A stretch of DNA of 64,000 nucleotides. It comes from Camelus ferus. Lineage: Eukaryota. The notes under the pieces are model-generated. The model searched no databases. It was not told the origin of the DNA and saw only the letters and a program-made list of their open reading frames with translations. Positions 1 through 12,514 of this stretch are shown here, one piece after another (position 1 is the first letter of the stretch; every line of letters begins with the position of its first letter). The translations under genes were made by a program, and so were the position numbers. Location: positions 110,610,001 to 110,674,000 of the forward strand of contig NC_045696.1 in NCBI RefSeq assembly GCF_009834535.1, read 5' to 3'.

Positions 1-242
1 AGACATAGAAAACAAACTTATGAACAAACTTACGGTTACGGGGGAGGGGGAGGGGTGAGAAGGGATAAATTGGGAGTTTGAGATTTGCAGATACTGAGGG
101 AACTATATTCAGTATCTTGTAGTAACATGGTTAAAAAGAATATGAAAAGGAATATATGTATGTTCCTATATGACTGAAGTATTGTGCTGTACACCAGAAA
201 TTGACACACTGTAAGCTCACTAAAACATTAAAAAAAAAAAAA
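1..242 (+). mobile_element. LINE-1 3' end (cetartiodactyl/camelid type) with poly(A) tail, truncated by window start
   Basis: agacatagaaaacaaacttatg...gggataaattgggagtttgagatttgcagatac...tgtgctgtacaccagaaattgacac followed by an A-run; similar to the L1 end at 57200-57518. Confidence 0.85.
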
Positions 243-939
243 CTTAAGTAGGCAGTTAAATTCTTAGTCAACATGTTGCCAGAAACAGACTGCTTATCTG
301 CAGTATTTTTTGCAAACTGCTCTTCCCCAAATCCTAATAAGGCTTAGGTATTCAGAGACATTTCATCACATAATGAACAATTTAAGCATCAGGAAAGGGA
401 TCACACAATTTACTGACTGAAAAGGATTCTTGAGCTGGCCATCTAGTGACAATCCCCCGGCTTACAGATGACATCCAAGAGTGGTCTCTTGCCCATTTCC
501 AGTGTTTGTCTCCTGCACTGCTCCTTAGATGGGCTGTGTTACTACTGTGGTCACCTCTGTCCACCCTCTCTGCCAACAAGCACACCAAATCCATCACACT
601 CCACTGCTGTCTATTTTAAGACACAGCTCTCATTCCTGAATCACAATTAGGCCTGGGTGCTGATGCCTCAGCCTGGCGCTCAGGACACTGCCCAACTGGC
701 TCCTCCCCGGGTCTCAGGCTGGCTTCTCTCTCTGGATCCCTATGTGCCACCCACACCAGACCACCCCACCCCACCCCACCAGGTGTGCTATACTTACTTA
801 GCTCTTCCTGTTAACCCTGGCTCATGCTGTCTTACTTTTATCCCTCAGGGCCAATTTCCCCACAAATAAGGCACACATAAAGCCCCCATCACAAAAGAGG
901 ACAAAGGACCAAGCTGAACTGTACCAGGAGTGTGTGATC

Positions 940-1332
940 AGCAACTGCCAACTGTGGGAAACCCAACAAGCCACATGGCCCTGGGGACTACAACAGACAG
1001 GTGGTGGCGAAAAGAAAGGGATGGAGGGGCAGCCAGATTAAAAGAGACTCGAAGACATATTTAAAAAAGAAAAAGAGCAAGACCCAACTCTGGTGCCTAG
1101 AGACGTGCACTTGGCTGATGAACTACGAAAGGCACACGAGGGAGTGCTGGACAAGTGGCCACTTTTGAAGGGACGGAGGGGCCACACGGAGGGGCTTCTG
1201 GAGAGGCTGACAAAGCTTTTGACCTGGGTGGGAGTTTCAAGGGTGATTTGCCTTATAAATGATTCATTAGACTAATTTTTTTGAGTGAGATTTTCTTTAT
1301 CTGTTTTAGCTTATAACAAAAAATGTTTAAAA
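940..1332 (+). mobile_element. Old L1 (L1MC/MD-like) 3' UTR fragment
   Basis: Resembles ancient L1 3' ends (agattaaaagagact...gacctgggtggg...aaaaatgtttaaaa); by eye only. Confidence 0.45.
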
Positions 1333-1397
1333 ACATAACTACTCAGTCTTTCTAGTCACATAAACCACATACACTTGAGATTACTTGCTATTTTAGG

Positions 1398-1641
1398 ATA
1401 GTGGCTCAGAATACAGACTACGGTATCAAGTAAAAGGACTTTTGCTTTCTCAGTTACTCACTGGTTGTGTGACATTTGCTAAGTTGCGTTGCCTCTCTGA
1501 GCTCCTCGTTCTTCACCCAGAAGACGGGGATTAAATCAGCAAGAAGCCCACAGGTTTGCTCTGAGGATCAGATGAAGTCAATGCACACATGGCACTTCAT
1601 ACAACGCTTGGCATGATGTTCAATAAAGATGAGCTATTACT
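1398..1641 (+). mobile_element. MIR SINE
   Basis: MIR core-like tgtgtgacatttgctaagttgcgttgcctctctgagc...gaggatcagatgaagtcaatgca...caataaagatgagctatta. Confidence 0.7.
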
Positions 1642-2439
1642 GTATCCACAGGGCAACGCCTGCAGACTCACTTAAATGGGCCTTGAAATATTGTAAATAT
1701 TCATAATGCTTATGTTCTCTTAGTATTTAAAGGGAATACACTGCTGTGTTGATTTATGCTCTCCTAAAACACCTACTCCCAAATTAGATATTAGAATCTG
1801 TTTCAGTGAACATATTTTTATGACGAAGTATTGCCCTTTAGAAACTAAAACCCCAGTTACACGTGAAAATACTAACATGGGCGTATTACTCCATATTTGA
1901 GAGATGATAAACCTGATGCAAAATTCTAAATTAGCAACTTACGACAGGAATAAGGGTCTATTCCAGCTCTCCTTGCACATTAACTGCGGAAGAAACTTGG
2001 TTCTTCCTTTCCAAGGCAACTTGGAGGTTTAGGTATTTCCTTATTCTTTGAGAAGTGTTTGTATATTTTACACATTTAGATTTTCTTGTAGTTTGTGATC
2101 TACGTGCTGAGATCTCTGTTATTCGAAATCTCCTCTTGCTCTTTAAATTTCTCTGCTCTTAAAAACATGGGAATTAATGTGTCACACACATTAAACTATT
2201 AACAGCCTGACCCATTCCTGAATACCGTCTGGAACGTAAATGAGACACCATCTCGTCTGGAAACGTACATGTGGCTGAAATACCAATGAAGGGATTTAGG
2301 AAGGATCAGGTATGTAGGTCTGTGGGAGGAGCTGAGGGTGGGAGGCCAAGTCTGTGTCTGCTACCACTAAGTCTGTCTTAGAAATAAAGACATACAAGGT
2401 CTTCAAAAGGAAAAAATAAACCAGAACAAACATATCTCA

Positions 2440-3191
2440 TTAACAAAGCAGTCAATTCCCTTTATTTTTAAAATTTTATGTACACATATGAATGATCTGT
2501 ATAATGTACATTCAATATAGAAAGCTTTATATATTTGATAATGTATAGAACATTTCACAATTACACTAATCTCTTACATAACATCTTGACATCTGTTTTT
2601 AAATTTTTTTTGCACAAGCTCCTTTTTCAATCAATTTGGTAAAGCCAGTTATACATACCGACGTGTACTGTGAGCTCTCAGAAGGTTAATGATTGAGGAG
2701 AGGAAACCAGGGAACAGGTGCAGAGACGAAACCTAATTGTGTCCGCCGATGGGCGGACAGCCACGCGGACTGGAGGCAGGACAGGGAAATGCCCTTCTTA
2801 GGGGTAGTCACTTAGATTTCCCGATTTCTGTAGACTGCAGTGCAACACCACAGTCACACTAATTCAAAAAAACATTATAAAAACTAGGAAGAAAGTTTTG
2901 TCTTTTTGATTCACAGTCTTGTAAACAGATATAAAGGAACAAAATGTGCTTACATACATCAAGAAAAAAAATTCTTGTGTATCCACTTAGGTTGATCCAC
3001 AGAATGCTTTCTTATACCGTGATACTATTAGAATCACTGACTTCTTTCCTAAATAAAAATATATTTATAGAAAAAGGAATAACACTGTCATGAAACCAGG
3101 AGAAAGGCAGTAAGTCTGTTTCAACGTTATCAGCTGTAGGAATGTGGATCGGGCACTGGCCTTTCAGCATTTATCGTCTCTCATGAAAGTT
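2440..3191 (-). other. DNAJC13: DNAJC13 3' UTR (~750 nt)
   Basis: Lies between the stop codon and the AATAAA/downstream element; 3' end approximate. Confidence 0.75.
2461..2466 (-). terminator. DNAJC13: Polyadenylation signal AATAAA of DNAJC13
   Basis: tttatt on + strand; upstream UGUA motifs and a downstream GU/U-rich tract (minus TATGTTTGTTCTGGTTTATTTTTT at ~2411-2434); cleavage predicted near 2440. Confidence 0.8.
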
Positions 3192-3298
3192 TCAAGTCTG
3201 AAAGCCAAGGTCGCCTGCCTCGTGGTCTACGGGAGGCGGCAGGTTAGACATGACCGACGAGGATGTCCCTGCAGTAAGGTAGCCAGCAACTCCAGGGC
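3192..3298 (-). CDS. DNAJC13: DNAJC13 exon 56 (last coding): (G)[34 protein letters not shown]
   Basis: CAG acceptor, phase 1, TGA at 3192-3194; 107 nt. Confidence 0.96.
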
Positions 3299-4986
3299 CT
3301 GCAAGAGAGAGAGGAAGAGACACACCTTCTGAAGAGCAGGGTCATGTGAAGACACTGATCTTTACAAAAATGTCAGGACCGGGTCAAGCACCCCATCACA
3401 AGGAACTGATAATCTCTTAGGATTGTCTAAGTGTACAACTAAGCCTTAACCAACAGCTACAACACAGCACTGTTTTCAGGGTTTGCCTCTACTATTTAAC
3501 AAAGGTAAAAGTCATTTCAAAATGTATGCTGGGCAGTAACACTGGTGTGGAAATACGGAAAAGCTTTCCCTTCTCACATCTGGGGAGGTCAATCTTTCAA
3601 AAAATCCTGGGTGCTGAAGGATAGCTAATGTCAAATGAGAAAAAATGGGAACCGAGGAGAGAAACTGGACTTGGTCAGCCCATCCAAAAGTCATACTTGA
3701 AGAAATTCCCAACAAAAAACCTTCTACCCACATTCAAGTTAATCTATTCTCATTTGGTGCAAAGAAATGCTGTTAGAACAAGTAACACCAAATGAACAGG
3801 GTTGCTACACCCAGGTCTGTGAAAAAGAAAAGGCAGGTTCTAGACATCTTTCATAGGTCAAAATCAGAATGCTGTGGAAAAGGTGTCAGTATTTTAGTTT
3901 TATACGTCTTCTTTCATTCTAAGAGTCCCCAGTGCCTGAAAAGGCTATTACCTCAGCCAGCATTCATCCAGATGTATCCTATGAGCCTAAAACGGCTTCA
4001 GCCCTCCAGTGAGACGTTAAGTACATCTCACATTGCACAGCTTACAGAGTGTCTGTAGGGGGCACTGCACTGTAGCATCAGACCACATACTGAGCAATAC
4101 TTGTAGGTGAAATCACAGGAAACAAGGCAAACAGCTAAGGAACACTGAAGGGTTAGGACTAGGAAGGCAGTGGACGCGGCATGCATGTAGCAAAACGGTT
4201 CTCTACCTGCTTCAGAGAGCTACACAGAAGTTAGCAAGCTGCCTGGCAGAGCGGATCTAAAGCCCGCTCCTGAGGTGAAGGGGACTGCTGCCAGTTAGAA
4301 GGGAAGGAGAGACACCTGAGGGGAGAAAAGAAATATAAGCAGCAAGGGAAGTTGTAAGGAGATGCAAACAGCAGAGCAGTTTAATGCAGGCTAAGGTCTA
4401 ACAGGCACTGATGTAGGAAAAAGGGGCAGAATTCAGATTCATCCTGTTTTTCACCTCAGACTGGGCACTTGCACTGAGGATGTGAAATGAGCACACCGTG
4501 CATCTGGTGCGTGGTCACAAGCGGCCGGGGACAGCTCAGCTTGCGTGAGCTGCAACACGCCACCAGAGTGCCCAGGCACGCGGGCCTTTGAACTCAGACG
4601 AAGGGTTTTCCCTTTTTGCGGCAGCGTGGGCCTGCATCTATCAGCCCCTGCTTTCCAGCGATCAGGACACCAGGCCTTCACAGACTGCTCAGGCGAGGGC
4701 CACCAGGTCAACACCCACCCCCCCCGACGAGGCGGGTCAGAGCTGCTGCGCCACACTGCCACAGCACGTCCCACCGACCTGCCCACTCGGAACCGCAGCA
4801 GCAGGACGGCGGCTAGGGAACTACCGAGGAGGTCGCACCAAGGGCAACCCTTCAGAATGAAGCCCTGAACACTCCAGACTGGTAAGGCTCCTGAGCACTT
4901 CTGACTGTGGGCCCGGCTTGGTTCACATCAAACGAATAGATTATGAGACCAGATCATGACTGCTGCATATGGAGAATGGAGTATGG

Positions 4987-5226
4987 CTGTGGTTCTCAAA
5001 CTGTGTGCCGAGGCATCCTGCCCCAAGTTCACAGGGGGCCCTGCCGGATACTGTAAATTTGACACAGGGACATCTGCTGGATGCCATACAAACAACTACT
5101 CTCAAGTTGTTTGAACTACTTAATAAACTTCATTAAGTATTTGTTTCTTTTGGCCTAGAGGTAGATGAAAAAAAAATCACTAAGATATTAAGGGCACTGT
5201 TAACTGAGAACGCCTGGGAACCTCTG
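4987..5226. mobile_element. hAT-Charlie MITE (MER112/MER113-like)
   Basis: Terminal ctgtggttctcaaactgtg ... gagaacgcctgggaacctctg inverted ends typical of Charlie MITEs. Confidence 0.55.
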
Positions 5227-8200
5227 GGCTAAAATCTAAATTATGAATGACAGGCCTAGAAGGATTATCCAGAAGAGTCCCAATTCTAGCCCCACCATTT
5301 GCTTCTTTAGGAAAAATAACCAATTGCTGGAATTTCTGTAAATGAAGTCTGAGGTGCTCTCTCCCTCACACCCCTGGCCTCTCCGTGAGGACACATCTGG
5401 TGTCTAGGGACCGGAAGCTAGTCTGCTCAGGTGGATGGGACGGGACAGTGCGTTCTCCAGAGAAAGGTGGACGAAAGAGTAGGGGCTCCCTGCAATGGGG
5501 ACGGGGCTCACTGTAAGGCTGCTGGGCTTAAGAGGGATGAGAAAAGACAGAAATTAACAGAGACCCCCACAGCACAGAACTTGCTGCCAGGATGGAGAAG
5601 CGGAAGGAGCCTGGGCTTTGGTGAAAATGAACACAGGACTCTCAGTGGGGAAAACAAAAAAAGGAAGCCCTCTCTTAGCAGCAATGTCCTACAATAAACT
5701 GACACTGACCTTAGGGAAACTTTCCTCACAGGGCCCTGGACAACAAGGAGCCACAGCTTACTCGCAGCATGGGTAAAATCCCACTGAGGAACTTTTACAT
5801 GCACACTTGCCATAAAACAAAACAATACGCCAGTTTAGAGAGCCAGTCTCCATTTATCAACACTGAGTAATCCTGCCTCAGACGTTTTTGTTTTTACCCC
5901 AGATCCTGAATGTGACTGAGTGACATTTGCTCAGCAGCCAGGAAGAAGAAAGTCATAAATACATTTTTGGTCATTTCCATCTTTTTCTGAAATAGTTTTT
6001 AACTTACTTTTATCTCTCCCCATCTCCTAAACAAAACTCCACTTATTTGCCAACCTCACCCACACGTTGTCAGAAGAAAAGGGCTGGTAATGATGTGTGT
6101 TCTCACAGCACCTTATTCCACTTGCAAACTGATTAGAAAGGGGCTTAGTACAATCTGAATCTTCTCAAGGTAGGGTGAGGTAAATTTCAAATTCCAGTTC
6201 AACACAACATCGTACACATTCCTCGGAGTTCCACATAGTGGGATTTTGTCATTACCAGAAGCACCTGCCCCTTTGATTAAACACATGACATACAATACAT
6301 CAATGGAAAAGCTCAAATACAAAAAAGAAAACATTTGGCAACCCAGGCAATAAATACACACCAGTTCAACTGGCAGTACTTTCACAACTCAACAAAAGAA
6401 CACCCCAGACCGATGACGTGCTAAGAACTGGACAATCTGGGAGCCAGCACGCAGCTCAGAGCTAGTCCAGGTGGTCCCATGTTGGCTGCGGTCTCTGCAG
6501 GCTTCAGCAGTGACCTTCAGAGTGGCCACAGTCGCATCAGGCCCTTTTAAGGCTGGAATTTACACCGTCTCCCCTTGACGGCTTTACACAGAACTTGCTG
6601 CCCCTTGAGCCGGACCAAGGATGTGAAGAAATTTATAAACCCTTTCCTCTTCCCTAACCTTCTTCATCCCTTACAGCCCATTACAGCTGCTTCCCACACC
6701 TCATCCAGAGGCCACCCCAGGGACCCAAGTAAAGGGAAGGCACAGACAGGAACCTGTTTACTCCCTGTATTTTTCCTGTATTCTAACCACAGATCCGTTG
6801 ACCCACAGCCTGTGAGTAAGTCAAGGACCACCTGCAGTCTTTTATTCCAAGTGAAGTCAATGAATGCTAACCTAAGTACAAAGAACAACACAGAGAATCA
6901 GAAGAGGACCTCCTGTAGGGACGATTATAATCTACATCTTAACTTCTTCAGGGCCAAATTTTAAAGAAGTTTACTTTCAGCTAGAAAAAAAAAAAAGACA
7001 GATTATCCAATCATAACATTCTTACACACAAAGTAATGAGTGTAGTGCCTCAAAAACGTGGAATTGAGTAAATCTTTGAAAAAAGAGTCTAAAGAAGTAA
7101 GTCTTCAGTGTGTTTATAAGAACATACTCCTACTTAGAAGCTTCAGCTTTACCCTGAATTTGAAAGGGAGATACAGAAGAGACTAAGGCCACATTCTAGG
7201 TATTTCTCACCACAGAGACCACAGGACAGGGGACGGGCAAGTTAGAAAGGACATGTGTGGCCCTCTACTCCTGATGTGCACACATGGCCAGCAGCCACAG
7301 CACCACATGTTCATAAATTTTAGGGCTCTGCTTATGAATTTTAGTGGGGTAATATTAAAGTCATCACAGTGAAGGAAAATCAGTAATGTCACAACCAAGC
7401 CTAAACTTAAAACCATGCAAAACTTTCTACAAAGTCCCTATTTTTGAATATTCAAGATTGAGCCTTCACAATTTATAAACTTCTATAAAACAGGATTGAT
7501 TAAAAAACAATTACACTGGTATGAGAAACAATGGGTAATAATTTCTTCTCTCAGTTCACCTACAACATCTCTAGCTGGAAGAGGATACAGGGCTGAGTTT
7601 TTTTTTTTTTTTTTTTTTTGTATAATTTCAGGCAGACAGCAAGGACCACTTCATATTCCTAAAGCTAATTTCAAATTGAAAAGTTTACACCAGAAACTAG
7701 ATGTCATTTTCAGCATTCAGCAACAGAATGCTTTGACTTTTTCAAACAGAAGCCAACATGAAAACGAGCATTCCAAAATTATTATGCAATTAGTATGTCA
7801 AATGGACAAGTGTCCCAAGCTTCTAAAGTGTATTCTCTTTTGAGCTCTAGACAGTAAAACATCCTTTCCTTTACGGTACCCACACATTTCCTCCTAGAGG
7901 ACAAACCCTAAATATTTAGTAAAACTACAGATTAATCACTGGAAACATAGAAGAAAAGCATTTCACTTGTGAGTATACGCATTCGGAACTTCAACAGAAG
8001 TTCTGACAGCAAGAGAATGACGCTCTCACGTTTCTGATACTGCCTCTTCTGAGTAGTTATTTCTCCACTCTTTCATGTTCAAGATAAACATTTTAATACA
8101 GCCATGCTCCAAATATAACATATGACAATGTTGATTAACTGGGTCAAAACTGAGCAAAGTCCACGTTTCAGTCAGAACACATTCAACACCCCAGCAGCTC

Positions 8201-8370
8201 GCCTGCTGTCCGGGCTAGAACCAGAGGCCCACCGTGTGCCCACGGCACCTCTGAGACAGGTACTGGGTGGCCTAGGAAAACCCTCTAACTGCCATTTTCG
8301 ATCTAGTCAGGACAAAAGGAAGGTCCAAGTGGCTTCCGCCATATGTTGTAAAGAACTGGGTGCGGTTTAC

Positions 8371-8470
8371 CTGTGAGGTATCCTGCTGTTTGTGACTCAG
8401 AAATAAACAAATCATGTTTCTGATCTTTGAAGGCACTCCAGACTGAAGAACGAGACAGGATTTCATTCAC
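8371..8470 (-). CDS. DNAJC13: DNAJC13 exon 55: [33 protein letters not shown](G)
   Basis: CAG/GTAAAC; 100 nt. Confidence 0.96.
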
Positions 8471-8723
8471 CTGGGGAAGTAAAACAAACCCCTTGAACAT
8501 AAATTAAAGGCTGGATGTTGGTAGATGAAACTAACGAGAAAACACAAACTTCCCAGACAAACAGAAGCCAGCTGAGGGAAGATCCAAAGAGGGACCAAGA
8601 CCTAGCACTCATCAAGCATTCGACACCAGGCACTCATAGTTAAACCAGACCAAAAAGTCCCTACAACTGGCTGACAGTGTGGTGCGGACTCAGGAAGTAT
8701 TCCTGCTGCAAACTCAAGCTAAC

Positions 8724-8975
8724 GCACTCTTTCAAACTATGGGTGTGACCTGTTAAAATAGAAGATTTATGAAATCAGTGAAGAGGGTTGTGATCAACAC
8801 ACTTGAGAAAATGAAACAGGTTACATAGAAAGCATCAGCGCATCAGCTGTAAAATGGGTAAAGCTGCTCCGTGACACACACACGAGGGTGTGAATACTGT
8901 GTGTGTAATTGTACTGAGCTAAGCTGAAAGACATGTTTCTTTCTGTAACAGATTAAAAAAAGTTTACGAAATTCA
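8724..8975. mobile_element. hAT-Charlie MITE (MER103-like)
   Basis: ctttcaaactatgggtgtgacc...gaaatcagtgaagagggttgtgatcaaca...aaaaaagttt pattern. Confidence 0.5.
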
Positions 8976-9004
8976 AATTGAGAGGATCTCTTTCGTGTAT
9001 CAAA

Positions 9005-9230
9005 TTCAGATCAAATATTTATTGACCACCTTGTATGTGGACTGAACAGTGGACACAAAGATGAGAAAGACATTCTCTGCCCCTGAAGGGCCTTCAGTCT
9101 AGCAGGGGAGACAGACAGTGCCAGATAATTTAGGGGTAAGCATCAGAGTAGAGACACAGAGAACCATATGGGTCCAAGAGACCCCCTAACCCAAACCTGG
9201 AAGGAAGCAACGATGGAGATGATTAGTTGT
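9005..9230 (-). mobile_element. L2 3' end fragment
   Basis: caaatatttattgaccacc...ctctgcccctgaagggccttcagtctagcaggggagacagac is the reverse of an L2 3' end. Confidence 0.6.
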
Positions 9231-9636
9231 GAAGGTGGTGAAACTCCTGTTTTGTAAACTATCGTATTTCTTTCCTCCCCTTGGGAGTGGAAGGTGGGTG
9301 TCGAAATTGCTTTTGCTAATTTTCATCAACAGGAACCCAGAGGAAAGTCAAAGGGAAGACAACTGTTTCCACATGGTACACAGGAGTGTTAGCCTCTGCC
9401 TGGCATTCAGAACATTCATAGGCGAACCCCCAAAATACTTCATTAAACACACAGTTAATGGCTGCAGCAACACATGCTGTCTCTCTTCTTTACTATCACT
9501 TTAAATAGTTCAAATGATGATATTGCTAGAATGGACAATAGCATAAAAAATGTTTCTTTAGTTGGAATATACAGACACAGTGGGTTCATTAAAGGAAAGC
9601 TTTAAGTCAATTTAAATTTACAGAAGATCATCAGTA

Positions 9637-10046
9637 GGTAGAAACAGTCCAAATCTCTGTCAACGGATGAATGAGTAAACAAACTATGGCAAACACATAC
9701 AATGGAATATTATTCAGTCTTAAATAGGAATAAAATTCTGTAACATGCTACTACATACATGAACCTCAACAGCACGGTTAAGTGACAGAAGCTGGACACA
9801 AAAGGTCACATACTGTATGATTCAATTTACATGGAATATCCAGAATGGATGAATTAATAGGAAACAGAGTGGTGATTGCTAGAAGCTGGCGAGGAGGGAG
9901 AAATAGGAAATAACCGCTTGATGGGTACAGATTTTCCTTTTGGGAAAGGTGGTGGTGATAAGGTGGTGGTTACACAACACTGTTAATGCACTAAATATCA
10001 ACTGTTCACTTTAAAATAGTTTTATGCTATGTAAATTTCACCTCTA
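9637..10046 (+). mobile_element. L1MB-type LINE-1 3' end
   Basis: gatgaatgagtaaacaaa...catacaatggaatattattcag...aaaggtcacatactgtatgattc...gtaaatttcacctc + A tail. Confidence 0.8.
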
Positions 10047-10653
10047 CTTTAAAAAAAGAAAAAAGAGTGCATGAGCAGATGGGGCTACATAGTTACAGTG
10101 AATGGGAGATAACATTAAGAATAAAGCCAGGGAGGAAAATTAAATCACCGAACTGGCTTCACTCAGCACGTGCATGCAGCTGAAACACACTAATGTGTAT
10201 CTAAGTCAAAACAAAAAGGAAAACAACACCGTGCCAGGGCTAATAAAGAAAAAAAGAGATGCAACTTAAATGGTGTTCCGTATCTTTTAAAATGGAATTA
10301 TGGGACGGTTAATAAATGTACATGCCATTCCACAACTCCTAGAACTGACAATTAATCTTAACCAGCACTAAATGCTCAACGTTTTTCTATGCTGAAGAAT
10401 CGTCCAACGTGCTATCAGTATCCAAAAAAAAAAATCTTCCTGGGTGACGAGCTGAGTATGTAGTTTGTGTTTTGTGAGGCAGCTATGCTAGTCCATCCTC
10501 GGTCTTGGGATCTGCTCCAACCAGATCCCAGCAGAACCACAGCTGTAAGTGGAACCTGAGTTGGTGGGCATGGCTCCTCCAAGGCGAAGACTCCCGGCTT
10601 TGAGAATACCTTGCGGTGATCAGCAGGTCAAAGCTGCGTCTGCGCAGACTCAC

Positions 10654-10797
10654 CTGTTCTCCATGCTGCAGACTTCGAGTCATTGCCTTGAGAGCTTTAA
10701 CAATCTGAGCCTTTGTGGCTGCTGGGCTGTCCAGATTTTCAAGGCCAATGCCTTCAAGTAATTTTAAGAGGTATGGGACCAAATCTGCTTTCAGGGC
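10654..10797 (-). CDS. DNAJC13: DNAJC13 exon 54: [11 protein letters not shown]...RSLQHGEQ
   Basis: TAG/GTGAGT; 144 nt. Confidence 0.96.
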
Positions 10798-10949
10798 CTA
10801 GAAGAGAATATTAAGCATATATATATACATGCTTGAAAAAATACAAACCACCTATGAAGAAATAATTTCCCCCTAGGACCATACCTGGAAGAGGATAACC
10901 TGCTTTATTTTAATGCCAGATGTGGGACCAGTGGGGTTTGATATCTAAT

Positions 10950-11330
10950 GATAATGATATTTTTATTTAATGAGATTTTATTCTGTGCCATCAACTATTC
11001 TAAATGGTATACACTGATTGTTTTACTTAATCCTCCCAACACCTAATTGTGCAGACCCAATTATTATTACTGATGGAAAAATCAATGCACGGAGGTAAAC
11101 CATGCTGACAGTCACAGAGCTAGACAATAATGAATTCTGTGTCTGAGGGGGGAGGGTACAGCTCAAGTGGTAGAGCACATGCTTAGCATGCATGAGGTCC
11201 TGGGTTCAATCCTCTGAACCTCCTGTAAAAATAAACAAACAAATAGACCTAATTATCTCCCCTAACAAAAATAAAAAATAATAAAAAAAAAATCTGTATC
11301 TGAACCTTAGCTTTTAGCCACTAAACTGGG
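10950..11330 (-). mobile_element. MIR fragment interrupted by a young SINE
   Basis: ttaatcctcccaacac...actgatggaaaaatcaatgcacggaggtaa...gtcacagagctag, resuming after 11303. Confidence 0.5.
11147..11289 (+). mobile_element. tRNA-Ala-derived SINE (camelid Vic-1-like) with A-rich tail and TSD
   Basis: A box CAGCTCAAGTGG, B box GGTTCAATCC, A-rich tail; TSD aattctgtgtctga (11133-11146) / aaatctgtatctga (11290-11303). Confidence 0.85.
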
Positions 11331-12514
11331 CTCCCTCCTCTAATGACATATACTAATGGGCAGTTAATATTTGAAGAATCTTAATTTTTTTTTCACATTT
11401 TCTTAAACATCAACCTTTGCATTCACCATACATTTCCTATCAGCCTAATAAAAGCTACATAATACTCTGGTACCACACCATTTTCACGGTCCCCTCTGAA
11501 ACTCAAAGGGAAGACATGGAAGAAACTAGTGTTTAATGAGTGTGTCTCATTTTTACAGTTGTTACTCTCATGACAACCCGATGAGGTAGCTGTAGCTTCA
11601 TTTCACAGATGAGGAGTCCGAACACTGTAAGGCTCACCTGTACGCCTGAGGTCACAGAGCCACCAAGTGGCAGGGCGAGCGCATGCTCTTGCCAATGAGG
11701 CAGTCTCCCCACCAGCCGACTGTAAGTGTGAACCTCAGAGCGCCCAATTATCTCCTGGAGACTAGCCAGCACCTCTAGCCTGCCTGAGTGAGGGGTGGGA
11801 GTGGGGCTGAGTGGGGAGAGAAGATGTGGGAGGAAACGGGGCTGGGAAAACAGGAGGGCCAGATAACAGACACGCAGGGCCCTGTACTCAAGCCAAGGTG
11901 TCACTCTGCCATCTGGCAGGTAATGCGGAACCACTGAAGGGTTTTTAAGATGAAGAATAATCCAGTTATATTTAAGAGTTATAGTTTAGAAAGATCTCTT
12001 ACACAAGGCTTTTAAATTAATTATGTTTTTTGTTCCCTCAGTGTCTGCTACTACTCTACACTGGTACCCACCAAGTCTTATTTTCATTCGGTGGGTAACC
12101 TCTTTGAAAAGGACAATAAAAACCTTGGTATATTTCTTAAACATGACTTATGAACAAAGGAATGAATAAACAGCATGAATCTTTCCAAAGAGGATAAAGC
12201 AAATTTTACATAGCAAGCTAAGGATAAATGCTTAGTAGATGACCAAAATTTAAAGTCAGACATCACAAAAGTACTCTGACATTGGTAGGATTTTCGGCAG
12301 CTGGCCCACCTCTCTCTGTGTGTACACACACACACACATGTGCTTGTATGTGTGTGTATAAAATACAAACTCATGCATGCACAAACCCACAAGTTATCTC
12401 ACTGCCAAACCTAAGTTGGGTTCCTAAGGGAAACCTGATCAGTGATAAGTAAATGAAAATCTATTTGTTTGGTATTTTTGCTTCCCTAAAATAGAAAACT
12501 AGAAAGTCACTTAC

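Noticed and set aside
761..780. (GGGGT)n tract on the sense strand ~1.7 kb past the poly(A) site, a possible termination pause or G4
   Set aside because: Only three full G-runs; such tracts are common and nothing else supports it.
4451..4868. Four overlapping ORFs (66-111 aa) on both strands
   Set aside because: By-product of local high GC; no recognisable domains and mostly non-ATG starts.
11147..11225. Possible tRNA-Ala gene
   Set aside because: Acceptor stem broken, no T-run terminator, A-rich tail and TSD present, so it is a SINE.
11792..11816. Four-run G-quadruplex motif on the + strand
   Set aside because: Lies at the edge of an old L2-like purine-rich fragment; very common motif.
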